Assembly: GCF_000527175.1 (NCBI RefSeq)
Contig: NZ_AZUR01000001.1
Span: 2,170,921-2,202,920, forward strand
Length of the DNA: 32,000 bases
Direction of reading: 5' to 3'
DNA from: Pseudogulbenkiania sp. MAI-1
Lineage (GTDB): Bacteria > Pseudomonadota > Gammaproteobacteria > Burkholderiales > Chromobacteriaceae
Part shown: positions 1-8,379 of the stretch, piece after piece
Layout: each line of letters opens with the position of its first letter
Position numbering within the stretch: position 1 is the first letter of the stretch
Notes under the pieces: generated by a model
What the model was told of the DNA's origin: nothing
What the model saw: only the letters and a program-made list of their open reading frames with translations
Database searches by the model: none
Translations under genes and position numbers: made by a program

Positions 1-1
1 C

Positions 2-280
2 GACCTGCGCGTGCTACGTCCGCTGGACGACGCAACACTGGTCGCGTCGGTCGGCAAGACGCACCGCGTGGTGATTGTCGACGAAGGCTGGAGGAGCGGC
101 AGTCTGGCCGCCGAGGTAATGGCACGTCTGACCGAGCAGGCGTTCTATGAGCTGGATGCGCCACCCGCCCGCGTCTGCTGCGCCGAAGTACCCATCCCGT
201 ATGCCAAACATTTGGAAGACGCGGCGCTGCCGCAGGTGACGACAATCGTCGCCGCGGCGCGCGCCGTGTGTGGAAAATAG
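2..280 (+). CDS. 2-oxoacid (pyruvate/acetoin-type) dehydrogenase E1 component beta subunit, C-terminal fragment (5' end off window)
   Basis: The translation ...[74 protein letters not shown]... is the transketolase-C-like C-terminal domain of E1beta subunits. The frame is open to the window edge. Confidence 0.85.
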   Translation, partial: DLRVLRPLDDATLVASVGKTHRVVIVDEGWRSGSLAAEVMARLTEQAFYELDAPPARVCCAEVPIPYAKHLEDAALPQVTTIVAAARAVCGK

Positions 281-294
281 CACTGGAGATCAGC

Positions 295-747
295 ATGGAC
301 GACACCGCCCGCCAGAAGGTGCTGGAAGTGATGAATACCCACAATATCTGCACCCTCGCCACCGTTCGCGAGGACGGCTACCCCCAGGCGACCACGGTCG
401 CCTACGTCAACGATGGGCTCACTATCTATCTGTGCTGCGACGTGCACGCCCAGAAGCTGCGCAACATCCGGCTCAACAACAAGGTCTCGCTCGCCATCGA
501 CCACGACTACGCCGACTGGCGCGAGATACGCGGGTTGTCGCTAGGCGGCATCGCGGAAGAAGTGCAAGACCCGGACGAGATCGAACAGGCCCTCGACCTG
601 ATGCAGGCCAAGTTCCCGGAAATCACCAGCATGGGGCCGGTGGAAACCATGGCGAGCGTCCTCGCGGTGATCAAGGTCACGCCCCAGGTCATCTCGCTGC
701 TCGATTACCGCCAGGGATTCGGCTACACGGAATATCTGGAGGTCTAG
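295..747 (+). CDS. Pyridoxamine-5'-phosphate-oxidase-like (FMN-binding split-barrel) family protein
   Basis: ATG at 295 is preceded by GGAG (285-288). The sequence MDDTARQKVLEVMNTHNICTLATVREDGYPQATTVAYV...VSLAIDHDY...LSLGGIAEEV resembles general-stress-protein-26 / PNPOx-like proteins. The track start at 268 (GTG) would overlap the E1beta stop. Confidence 0.7.
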   Translation: MDDTARQKVLEVMNTHNICTLATVREDGYPQATTVAYVNDGLTIYLCCDVHAQKLRNIRLNNKVSLAIDHDYADWREIRGLSLGGIAEEVQDPDEIEQALDLMQAKFPEITSMGPVETMASVLAVIKVTPQVISLLDYRQGFGYTEYLEV

Positions 748-886
748 CCCACGCTTGCGCCATGGGATGGGACGGAACGGCTCTATCGGGGCGGGCTCGC
801 CATCATGCCCCGGCAACATGACGTGTTTCCCCCTGCGGGAAACATGAAACGGACCGCCATCGTCGATGCGCACCCGCCGAGAAGGA

Positions 887-1978
887 ATGGCGATGATTGA
901 ATTCAGGCTTCCCGCTCTGGGCCCCGACATGGACGAAGGCACGCTGCTGGAGTGGAAGATTCAGCCCGGTGCAGCGCTGAAGCGGGGCGATATTGTCGCG
1001 GTGGTCGATACCGCCAAGGCGGCGGTGGACGTGGAAAGCTGGGTCGAGGGTACCGTGCATGAACTCCTGATCGGTGTTGGCGACAAGGTGCCGACCGGTA
1101 CGCCGATCGCCCTGATCCGGGCGCCCGGCGAATCCGAGGAAACCGCCCGTCGCCCGGCCACCGAGCGGCGCCGTGTTTCGCCTGCGGCGCGCAAACGCGC
1201 AACCGAGCTGGGGGTCAACATCGCCGCCGTAGCCGGATCGGGACCAGAGGGGACGATTACCTTAGAGGACATCGAGGCGGCCGCCCAGCACGCCGCGGCG
1301 CCGGCACCGGACCGCGGTTCCGAAATGCGCCATGCGATTGCAGCGGCGATGAGCCGTTCCAAACGCGAGATCCCGCACTACTATCTGGCCGAGACCATCC
1401 CGATGCAGTTGGCGCTCAACTGGCTCGAACAACACAATGCCGAGCGCCCCGTGACCGAACGCCTGTTGCCGGCAGTGCTCCTGTTGAAGGCCGTTGCCCT
1501 CGCCACTCGGCGCTTTCCGGAAATGAATGGCCACTGGATCGACGGCGCCTTCCAGGCGGCCGCAGCGGCTCATGTCGGCGTGGCGATTTCATTGCGGCAG
1601 GGTGGACTGATCGCACCGGCGATCCATGATGTGGCTGCCAAATCACTGGACGTGCTGATGCACGAACTGACCGATTTGGTGAAGAGGACGCGAGCCGGCT
1701 CGCTGCGCAGTTCCGAGCTGGCCGATCCCACGTTGACCGTTACCAATCTGGGCGAGCAGGGCGTCGAGTCGGTATTTGGCGTGATCTATCCGCCACAGGT
1801 AGCGCTGATCGGGTTCGGGCGGGTGATGGAGCGACCGTGGGTGGAGCAGGGCACGCTGGTGGCGATGCCTACCGTCATTGCCAGCCTGTCAGGCGACCAC
1901 CGCGCGAGCGACGGCCACCGCGGCGCACGGTTCCTGGCGGAAATCCGCGCGCTGCTGCAACAACCAGACGCACTGTGA
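887..1978 (+). CDS. Dihydrolipoamide acyltransferase (E2) with lipoyl domain, E1/E3-binding domain and catalytic domain
   Basis: The lipoyl domain is LPALGPDMDEGTLLEWK...VVDTAKAAVDVES, with the lipoyl-Lys in DTAKA. The subunit-binding domain is RVSPAARKRATELGVNIAAVAGSGPEGTITLEDIE. The catalytic motif is SGDHRASDGHRGARFL. Start is ATG 887 (GAAGGA upstream) or ATG 893; the track start at 866 is less likely. Confidence 0.9.
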   Translation: MAMIEFRLPALGPDMDEGTLLEWKIQPGAALKRGDIVAVVDTAKAAVDVESWVEGTVHELLIGVGDKVPTGTPIALIRAPGESEETARRPATERRRVSPAARKRATELGVNIAAVAGSGPEGTITLEDIEAAAQHAAAPAPDRGSEMRHAIAAAMSRSKREIPHYYLAETIPMQLALNWLEQHNAERPVTERLLPAVLLLKAVALATRRFPEMNGHWIDGAFQAAAAAHVGVAISLRQGGLIAPAIHDVAAKSLDVLMHELTDLVKRTRAGSLRSSELADPTLTVTNLGEQGVESVFGVIYPPQVALIGFGRVMERPWVEQGTLVAMPTVIASLSGDHRASDGHRGARFLAEIRALLQQPDAL

Positions 1979-2006
1979 CGTACTACCGTTGAGCGGAGAG
2001 GCCATC

Positions 2007-2267
2007 ATGGACCGAGCAAACCTTCGTGCCGCCGTCATCGATACACTGCGAGTCATTGCGCCGGAAGTGGAAGAGGGCGAATTGCGTGACGACCGCCCTC
2101 TGCGGGAGCAAGTCGACCTCGACTCGATGGATTGGCTCAATTTCATCATCGGCCTGCACGAACGGTTGGACGTCGACATTCCTGAGGCCGACTACCGGCA
2201 GTTGGCATCGCTGAACGCCGTGGTCGACTATCTGGCAGCCCGGCTTCAGGGCGCACCAAGCGAATAA
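2007..2267 (+). CDS. Stand-alone acyl carrier protein (phosphopantetheine attachment Ser in DLDSMD)
   Basis: ATG 2007 lies in frame inside track ORF 1878-2267, 28 nt after the E2 stop, with GGAGAGG upstream. The 86-aa product MDRANLRAAVIDTLRVIAPE...QVDLDSMDWLNFIIGLHERL... has a typical ACP helix II. Confidence 0.8.
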   Translation: MDRANLRAAVIDTLRVIAPEVEEGELRDDRPLREQVDLDSMDWLNFIIGLHERLDVDIPEADYRQLASLNAVVDYLAARLQGAPSE

Positions 2268-2327
2268 GTATGCCATCGCCGATGGTCCCCCCCTCGATAG
2301 CGCCCATCCTCCTGGCGGCCATGCACG

Positions 2328-5123
2328 ATGACCACTCCCGACCCTTCCTTTACCCCACCGCAACAGGCTGAACGCCTGTTGGCGGTAGTGCGCCAGCTTG
2401 AGCGTGAAATGCACCCGGCCCACCCCGAAGACGTCACGCTGGACAGTGCGCTGGAGCGCGACCTGGGCTTCGATAGCCTGGCTCGGGTCGAGTTGGTGCA
2501 GAGGGTGGGCAAGGCCTTCGGCGTGCACCTGCCGGACGATGCTCTAGCGCAGGCAGAAACGCCGCGCGACCTGCTGAACTTCCTCGGCCAGCCGGCCCAT
2601 GCCGCACCCCAGCCCTTCGCCACACCACTGGGCGGTGCCAGCGCAGTCGCACCACCTCGCCAAGCGCACACCTTGCCCGAGGTACTGGCCTGGCATACAG
2701 AGCGCCAGCCGGAGCGAGTCCATGTGTTGCTGTATGGTGAACGGCAGGAAGTACAGCCCATCAGTTACCGTCAATTGTTCGAGGCGGGGAGGGCTGTTGC
2801 TGGTGGCCTGGCAGCACGCGGCCTGATGCCCGGCCAGACCATCACCCTGATGCTGCCAACCGGCCTCGGCTACCTGAAAAGCTTTATCGGCGTGTTGATG
2901 GCCGGCTGCGTGCCGGTGCCAATCTACCCGCCGGCACGGTTGGCGCAGATCGAAGAGCACCTGCGCCGCCATGCACGCATCCTGTCGAATGCCGGCACCT
3001 CCCTAATGATCACCGTGGAGGAGGCAAAACCGGTCGCACGGATACTGCGCACCAAGGTCAGCAGCCTCACGGCGGTGCTGACGCCAGAAGAACTGAGTGA
3101 TGCCCCAGCGGCCACCATCTTCCCTGCGCAAGCTTCCGACTTAGCCTTGCTGCAATACACCTCTGGCAGTACCGGTGACCCGAAGGGCGTCACGCTCACC
3201 CACACCAACCTGCTCGCCAATATCCGCGCAATGGGCCAGATCATCGGCATCACGGCAGAGGACATCGGCGTATCCTGGCTGCCGCTTTACCACGACATGG
3301 GTTTGATTGGGGCCTGGCTCGGGTCGCTCTACCATGGCTTCCCTTTGGTGCTGATGTCGCCACTGGCCTTCCTCTCCCAGCCGGCGCGCTGGCTGCAGGC
3401 GATCTCGCGTCACCATGCAACATTGTCGGGCGCACCCAACTTCGCTTATGAGCTGTGCGTCCACAAGATCGACGACAGCGAACTGGAGGGGGTCGATCTG
3501 TCGAGCTGGCGTTTCGCCTTCAACGGTGCCGAGCCGGTCAGTCCAGCTACCCTGGACGGTTTTGTCGATCGCTTTGCGGCGCACGGCTTCAGACGGGAAG
3601 CCATGACACCCGTATACGGTTTGGCTGAGTCTTCGGTCGCGCTAGCGTTTCCACCGGTCGGCCGCGGGCCGCTCATCGATGTCATTGCGCAGGAGCCGTT
3701 CGCCACCGCGGGGATGGCAGTGGCCTCCGTCGATCAAGCCGACGTTCTGCGCATCCCTTCCTGCGGCCGGCCCTTGCCTGGCCATGAGATACGCATCGTG
3801 GGCGAAGACGGCAAGGAACTGCCGGAACGCAGGGTCGGGCGGCTCGAGTTCCGTGGCGTCTCGGTCACCCGCGGTTACTATCGGAACCCCGAGGCAACCG
3901 ACTCGCTGTTCCACGATGACTGGCTGGACTCCGGCGACAACGCCTACATGGCCGATGGAGAGGTCTATCTGACAGGCCGGGTCAAGGATCTGATCATCCG
4001 TGGCGGACGCAACTTTTATCCGTACGATCTGGAGGAGGCGATCGGCAACCTGCCGGGCATCCGAAAAGGTCTCGTGGCGGCATTCGCCAGTCCCGACCTG
4101 ACAAAAGGCACCGAGCGCCTGATCGTGCTTGCCGAAACCCGGACGCGAGACCCTGTTGTGCTGGAGACGCTCCGGCAGCACATCAGAAAAACCGCTACCG
4201 ACGTGACGGGATCGCCGGTGGACGACATCGTGCTGGCCCCACCGCACACTGTGCTGAAGACATCCAGCGGCAAGATCCGGCGACTGGCCTGTCGGCAGGC
4301 TTATGAACGAGGCGAGTTGGGCGTGGCACAGCTCCCGTCGTGGCGGCACGCCCTGAAGCTATGGGCCGGGGCTGGGCTTGCGCGTCTTCATATCGCCTAC
4401 AGGCAGTTTGCGGCGTGGTGCTATGGCGTTTACACGTGGATGATACTGTTGGCACTGATGTTGCCGGCAGGCGTGCTGACGATCGCCCTGCATCGGCCTG
4501 CGCTGGGACGACGCATCGTTCGTGCCGCGGCACGCGTCGGCCTGCACCTTATCGGCTTGCCGGTGACGACCGCCGGGCTCGAACGCTTGCCGGCACAGCC
4601 GCACGTGCTGCTGATCAACCATGCCAGTTACCTGGACGTGCTGCTGCTGACCGCCTTGCTACCTGCCACGCCCGGCTACACCTTCACCGCCAAGCGTGAA
4701 CTGCAGTCCCGGCCAGTGCTCAGAGCCTTGCTGACCAGCCTGGGTACCTGCTTCATCGAGCGCTTCGATGTTCGCCAAAGCAGGGAAGGCGTCGACGCGA
4801 TGGTCGAAGCGTTGCGGGCAGGTGAAAACCTGCTGGTGTTTCCGGAGGGTACCTTCACTCGTGAGGCGGGGCTGCGGCCATTTCACTTGGGCGGATTCAT
4901 CGCCGCCGCCGTGGCCAACGTACCGGTGGTCGTCGCGGCCCTGCGCGGTACCCGTATCGTGCTGCGCGATGGCACGTGGCTGCCGCGACGCGGTCCGGTC
5001 GACTTCGTGGTTGGCCCGAGCCTGATGCCACGCGGAGTGGGGTGGCCGGCGGCGATGGCGTTGAGCCAGGAAATACGACGCATCATGCTGCCGCTCTGCG
5101 GTGAGCACGATGCATCGCCATGA
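2328..5123 (+). CDS. Multidomain lipid enzyme: N-terminal carrier (PP-binding) domain, fatty-acyl-AMP-ligase-like adenylation domain, transmembrane segment(s), and C-terminal PlsC/LPLAT acyltransferase domain
   Basis: Carrier motif is DLGFDSLARVELV. Adenylation motifs are LQYTSGSTGDPKGV, WLPLYHDMGLIG, FNGAEPV, VYGLAESSVAL, SGDNAYM, IIRGGRNFYPYDLE and KTSSGKIRR. The hydrophobic stretch is YGVYTWMILLALMLPAGVLTIAL. Acyltransferase motifs are NHASYLD (HX4D), CFIERF, VFPEGTFT and VPVVVAAL. Confidence 0.85.
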   Translation: MTTPDPSFTPPQQAERLLAVVRQLEREMHPAHPEDVTLDSALERDLGFDSLARVELVQRVGKAFGVHLPDDALAQAETPRDLLNFLGQPAHAAPQPFATPLGGASAVAPPRQAHTLPEVLAWHTERQPERVHVLLYGERQEVQPISYRQLFEAGRAVAGGLAARGLMPGQTITLMLPTGLGYLKSFIGVLMAGCVPVPIYPPARLAQIEEHLRRHARILSNAGTSLMITVEEAKPVARILRTKVSSLTAVLTPEELSDAPAATIFPAQASDLALLQYTSGSTGDPKGVTLTHTNLLANIRAMGQIIGITAEDIGVSWLPLYHDMGLIGAWLGSLYHGFPLVLMSPLAFLSQPARWLQAISRHHATLSGAPNFAYELCVHKIDDSELEGVDLSSWRFAFNGAEPVSPATLDGFVDRFAAHGFRREAMTPVYGLAESSVALAFPPVGRGPLIDVIAQEPFATAGMAVASVDQADVLRIPSCGRPLPGHEIRIVGEDGKELPERRVGRLEFRGVSVTRGYYRNPEATDSLFHDDWLDSGDNAYMADGEVYLTGRVKDLIIRGGRNFYPYDLEEAIGNLPGIRKGLVAAFASPDLTKGTERLIVLAETRTRDPVVLETLRQHIRKTATDVTGSPVDDIVLAPPHTVLKTSSGKIRRLACRQAYERGELGVAQLPSWRHALKLWAGAGLARLHIAYRQFAAWCYGVYTWMILLALMLPAGVLTIALHRPALGRRIVRAAARVGLHLIGLPVTTAGLERLPAQPHVLLINHASYLDVLLLTALLPATPGYTFTAKRELQSRPVLRALLTSLGTCFIERFDVRQSREGVDAMVEALRAGENLLVFPEGTFTREAGLRPFHLGGFIAAAVANVPVVVAALRGTRIVLRDGTWLPRRGPVDFVVGPSLMPRGVGWPAAMALSQEIRRIMLPLCGEHDASP

Positions 5124-5192
5124 CATGATATGTCGACTTCAAACACATCGAATCGTGCGGCCGGTCTCAGACAAGAAAAGCTTTGCTGTCAG

Positions 5193-6119
5193 TCACTCCG
5201 CTCGACGCTCCGTCGGGCTGGCCCCGCAGACATCCCGGATCGCCTCCGCCAACCAGCGCTCCAGCGATATCGCATTGCTGGGATGCGCTATCGTATTGCA
5301 ACTCACCACCCGGGCCGCGCCACTGGAAGTCAGCCTCGCCACCGCATCCTCGGCGAAAACGGCATGCACTGCGATGCACACCGCCGGCTTGGCCCCCATC
5401 TGTTGCAAATGGCGCAAGGTCTCGGCCATGGTATGGGCCGTCGAAACGATATCATCCACCAGTACCGGAGTACGCCCGAGAAGTTGCGCCATCTCGGGCC
5501 GCGACACCTCCACCTGGTGATCACCATGCCGGATCTTGTCAAGCACGGCGTATGGCACCTTGGCCAAGGAGGCGACTTCCGCGACCCACTGCTCGCTTTC
5601 GGAATCGGGTCCGATCAGGATCGGTGCCGGCACGTTGGCGGCCACCCATTCCGCCATGGCCGGAGCGGCATGCACCACACGGGTAGGGCAGTCGTACACC
5701 TGATCCAGAGCGGTGATGCGGTGTAGATGGGGATCGACGGTGACCAGCCAGTCGAGATGGGATGACAACAGCTTGGCAAAATAGCGCGCCGTCACCCCCT
5801 CGCCAGGAGCGAAGCGGGCATCCTGTCGCATGTAAGCCAGGTAGGGCGCCAGCAGCCCGACTTCGACCGCGCCATAGTCACGCACCAGCGACGCGGCAAA
5901 CAGCAAGGGGAGCAGCTTGGCGTCCGGGCGGTCCAACGTTGCCGCCAGCACCACCCGAGCCCCCTCCACCTTGCTCAACAGGCGCAGGTGGGTTTCGCCA
6001 TCGGGGAAAACGCGCACGGCCAACTCGCCCCGCTCCGCCGGCCTCGGCAAAGCGGGTTGCTTCAGCAACGCGTCGGCCAACGCCTCATTGCCGGGCAAGG
6101 GTAGAACGACCGTATTCAT
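5193..6119 (-). CDS. Ribose-phosphate pyrophosphokinase (PRPP synthetase) family protein
   Basis: 308 aa with a Prs-like N-terminal domain (VRVFPDGETHLRL...VVLAATLDRPDAKLLPLLFAA) and a PRTase-type ribose-P loop (PVLVDDIVSTAHTM). Its start overlaps the stop of the upstream gene by 4 nt (6116-6119). Confidence 0.8.
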   Translation of the reverse strand: MNTVVLPLPGNEALADALLKQPALPRPAERGELAVRVFPDGETHLRLLSKVEGARVVLAATLDRPDAKLLPLLFAASLVRDYGAVEVGLLAPYLAYMRQDARFAPGEGVTARYFAKLLSSHLDWLVTVDPHLHRITALDQVYDCPTRVVHAAPAMAEWVAANVPAPILIGPDSESEQWVAEVASLAKVPYAVLDKIRHGDHQVEVSRPEMAQLLGRTPVLVDDIVSTAHTMAETLRHLQQMGAKPAVCIAVHAVFAEDAVARLTSSGAARVVSCNTIAHPSNAISLERWLAEAIRDVCGASPTERRAE

Positions 6120-7621
6120 GGTTCGTTTATCACCACAATCTCGGGGTGCGTTTCCAGATAGCCGAGGGCATACTCCAGTTCGCCGGGCGTCTCGGCATGG
6201 ACGGTGAACAACGGCATGCCTGGCTCGACGACGCTGCCGACCCTGACATGCAGGTCCAAGCCGGCGGCAGGAGCGCGGGGAGCGCCTGCCAACTTGGCAG
6301 CCCGGCTGACCAGACGGTTATCGACAGCGCCGACCAGGCCAGAGACAGCCGCGCAGACCGGATGGGTGTAAGGCGCAACCGGAGGCTGGCGCAGCCCCCC
6401 TTGGGCGTTGGCGATGGCAAGAAACTTATGCCATGCCCGACCGGAATCCAGCAACTGCCGGGCCAGGACAGTGCCGGTACCGTCTGCCGCCTTGCCGCAA
6501 AACTCCAGCAAACCACCGGCCAGCATCAGTGCACGTTCACGCAAATCTTCCGGAGCCGTGGGTTCATTTCGCAATACTGTCAACAAATCGCGGGCCTCCA
6601 AGGCCGGCCCGACGCCCCGGCCAACCGGTTGGCTGCCGTCGGTGAACACAATACGGACATCCAGGCCCACGCCCTTGGCCACATGCTTCATCAAGGTTTC
6701 CAGCAAGGCGGCCGCTTGCGGCGAACGAACCTTGGCCGTGCGTCCGACCGGGATATCGATCAGGACATGACTCGAACCGGCTGCCGCTTTCTTTGAAAGC
6801 ACGGAGGCGACCAGCTGGCCTTCGCTATCGAGGTCCATCGGCCGTTCCACACGAATCAGGATATCGTCCGCAGGGCTCAGGTTGACCGCGCCACCCCAGA
6901 CAATGCAGCCTCCCTCTTGCTCGACGACCCGACGGATTGTAAGCAAGTCCAAATCCACCGGCGCCAAGGTTTCCATCGTGTCGGCGGTTCCCGCCGGAGA
7001 GGTGATGGCTCGGGAAGAGGTCTTGGGCATGATAAGCCCCGCAGCCGTGGCGATCGCCACCACGATGGGCGTGGTGCGATTGCCAGGCAAGCCTCCGACG
7101 CAGTGTTTGTCCGCAATCGGGGCACTCCCCCAGTCCAGACGTTGGCCCGCATTCACCATGGCACGGGTCAATGCCACGGTTTCTTCCACATCCAACCGTC
7201 CGCCGGCGCAAGCAGCGACAAAAGCCGCCAGATAGATGTTGGGATAACGCCCCTTCGCCACGTCGTTGATGATGCACTGGATTTGCGACTCGTCCAGACG
7301 GTTCCCATAGATTTTGCGCCGTAGCGCCACCAGGGATTCCAGTGGCGGCATCGGCAGCACCCGAATGGTTTCACCTTCGCGCCCGCCCAGCTGATTCCAC
7401 GCCGCCGAAGACAGGCCCGCCTCGTGCGGCGCGAGAATCGACGAATCGACCACGTTCAACGTCGCCACGATCTCTACGCCGTTGCGGGTCACCCGCACGC
7501 GCGATTGCGCTTCAAAGCCTTCGGAGCGGCAGACCTCGCAATCGCGCCTCATATAGATCACCGCCTCCTGATAGGTATCGATTCCGAGCCACTTCAAGTG
7601 CAATTCATGACCAGCGCCCAC
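6116..7621 (-). CDS. Thymidine phosphorylase family protein, long 'putative thymidine phosphorylase / AMP-phosphorylase-like' form
   Basis: 501 aa. An N-terminal extension (LKWLGIDTYQEAVIYMRRDCEVCRSEGF...) precedes the glycosyl-transferase family 3 core (DKHCVGGLPGNRTTPIVVAIATAAGLIMPKTSSRAITSPAGTADTME) and the C-terminal PYNP domain. Confidence 0.85.
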   Translation of the reverse strand: MGAGHELHLKWLGIDTYQEAVIYMRRDCEVCRSEGFEAQSRVRVTRNGVEIVATLNVVDSSILAPHEAGLSSAAWNQLGGREGETIRVLPMPPLESLVALRRKIYGNRLDESQIQCIINDVAKGRYPNIYLAAFVAACAGGRLDVEETVALTRAMVNAGQRLDWGSAPIADKHCVGGLPGNRTTPIVVAIATAAGLIMPKTSSRAITSPAGTADTMETLAPVDLDLLTIRRVVEQEGGCIVWGGAVNLSPADDILIRVERPMDLDSEGQLVASVLSKKAAAGSSHVLIDIPVGRTAKVRSPQAAALLETLMKHVAKGVGLDVRIVFTDGSQPVGRGVGPALEARDLLTVLRNEPTAPEDLRERALMLAGGLLEFCGKAADGTGTVLARQLLDSGRAWHKFLAIANAQGGLRQPPVAPYTHPVCAAVSGLVGAVDNRLVSRAAKLAGAPRAPAAGLDLHVRVGSVVEPGMPLFTVHAETPGELEYALGYLETHPEIVVINEP

Positions 7622-8283
7622 CGTCGTTCTCCTTGTAATGCAACGCTATCGCGGAAGTCCGGCACCGAGACATCCAAGACCGCCCGCCAGCTGTCACTTC
7701 TACTTTAGCCTCCCCTGAAGGAATTCGGCTGGCATTCCTTCTCGGCGCTCGTGTCAGCCTGCTGACGACGCGGAGGAGGGCGGCGAAGCAGAACAGCCCC
7801 CCTTGCAGCCCATGTCTCAACCCTGATGCCAAATAAAGCGGTTGAGAATTTCCGTACCAGCACGTCCAGCTATCTACAGCAATGTGCCGATCAAACCCGC
7901 GCGACGTTCGAACAATTGGTTGACAATCTGGTTGAGGTCACCAATCTGGATGCGCGCCATCACGACTTGGTGATTGTCGGCCAAGCCAATCGGCCAGCAG
8001 TGCGAGCGCATCCAGTCCGCCGAAGTGCGTCGCGATGAGAGCCTGGAAACACGGGCGCTGCACTTCGTGAAGCAGTACTACGGGTTGATGACTGAGTTGA
8101 TCGGGCACCACGAGCACGGTGACTGGTCGATGCTGGGCGATCTGGTGCAGCGTCTGAAGCGCGAGCTAGACGCGGGCCAGAAGCCGACGTGGACCATTAG
8201 ATCGTGCGGGCCGAAGACGAGACGTACCAGCAGTTGCAGCAGCGCTGCGAGGCCGAGTTGGCCGTGGCCGACGCGCCTTCTCA

Positions 8284-8311
8284 AGTTCGCATAATCTATA
8301 TTATGTCAAAT
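8284..8311 (+). other. dif: dif-type XerC/XerD recombination site (left prophage junction; likely the functional chromosomal dif)
   Basis: AGTTCGCATAA-TCTATA-TTATGTCAAAT aligns with E. coli dif GGTGCGCATAA-TGTATA-TTATGTTAAAT at 24 of 28 positions (hand alignment): XerC arm 9/11, centre 5/6, XerD arm 10/11. Confidence 0.8.
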
Positions 8312-8379
8312 ATTGCGTCAGATTCGGAGACGCTTGGCCGCCCTGCTTGGCATGTTGCATGCTAGCCCCTTTATGCGAC

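Noticed and set aside
268-821. Alternative frames over the PNPOx-like gene (270-821 plus, 145-504 and 541-942 minus)
   Set aside because: They overlap a frame with a recognisable split-barrel family sequence and a good RBS. The alternatives are Arg/Pro/Gly-rich.
5762-6796. 344-aa plus-strand ORF and neighbours (5130-5726, 5183-5686)
   Set aside because: They are antisense to the Prs-like and thymidine-phosphorylase-like genes. The products are Pro/Arg/Ala-rich junk translations.
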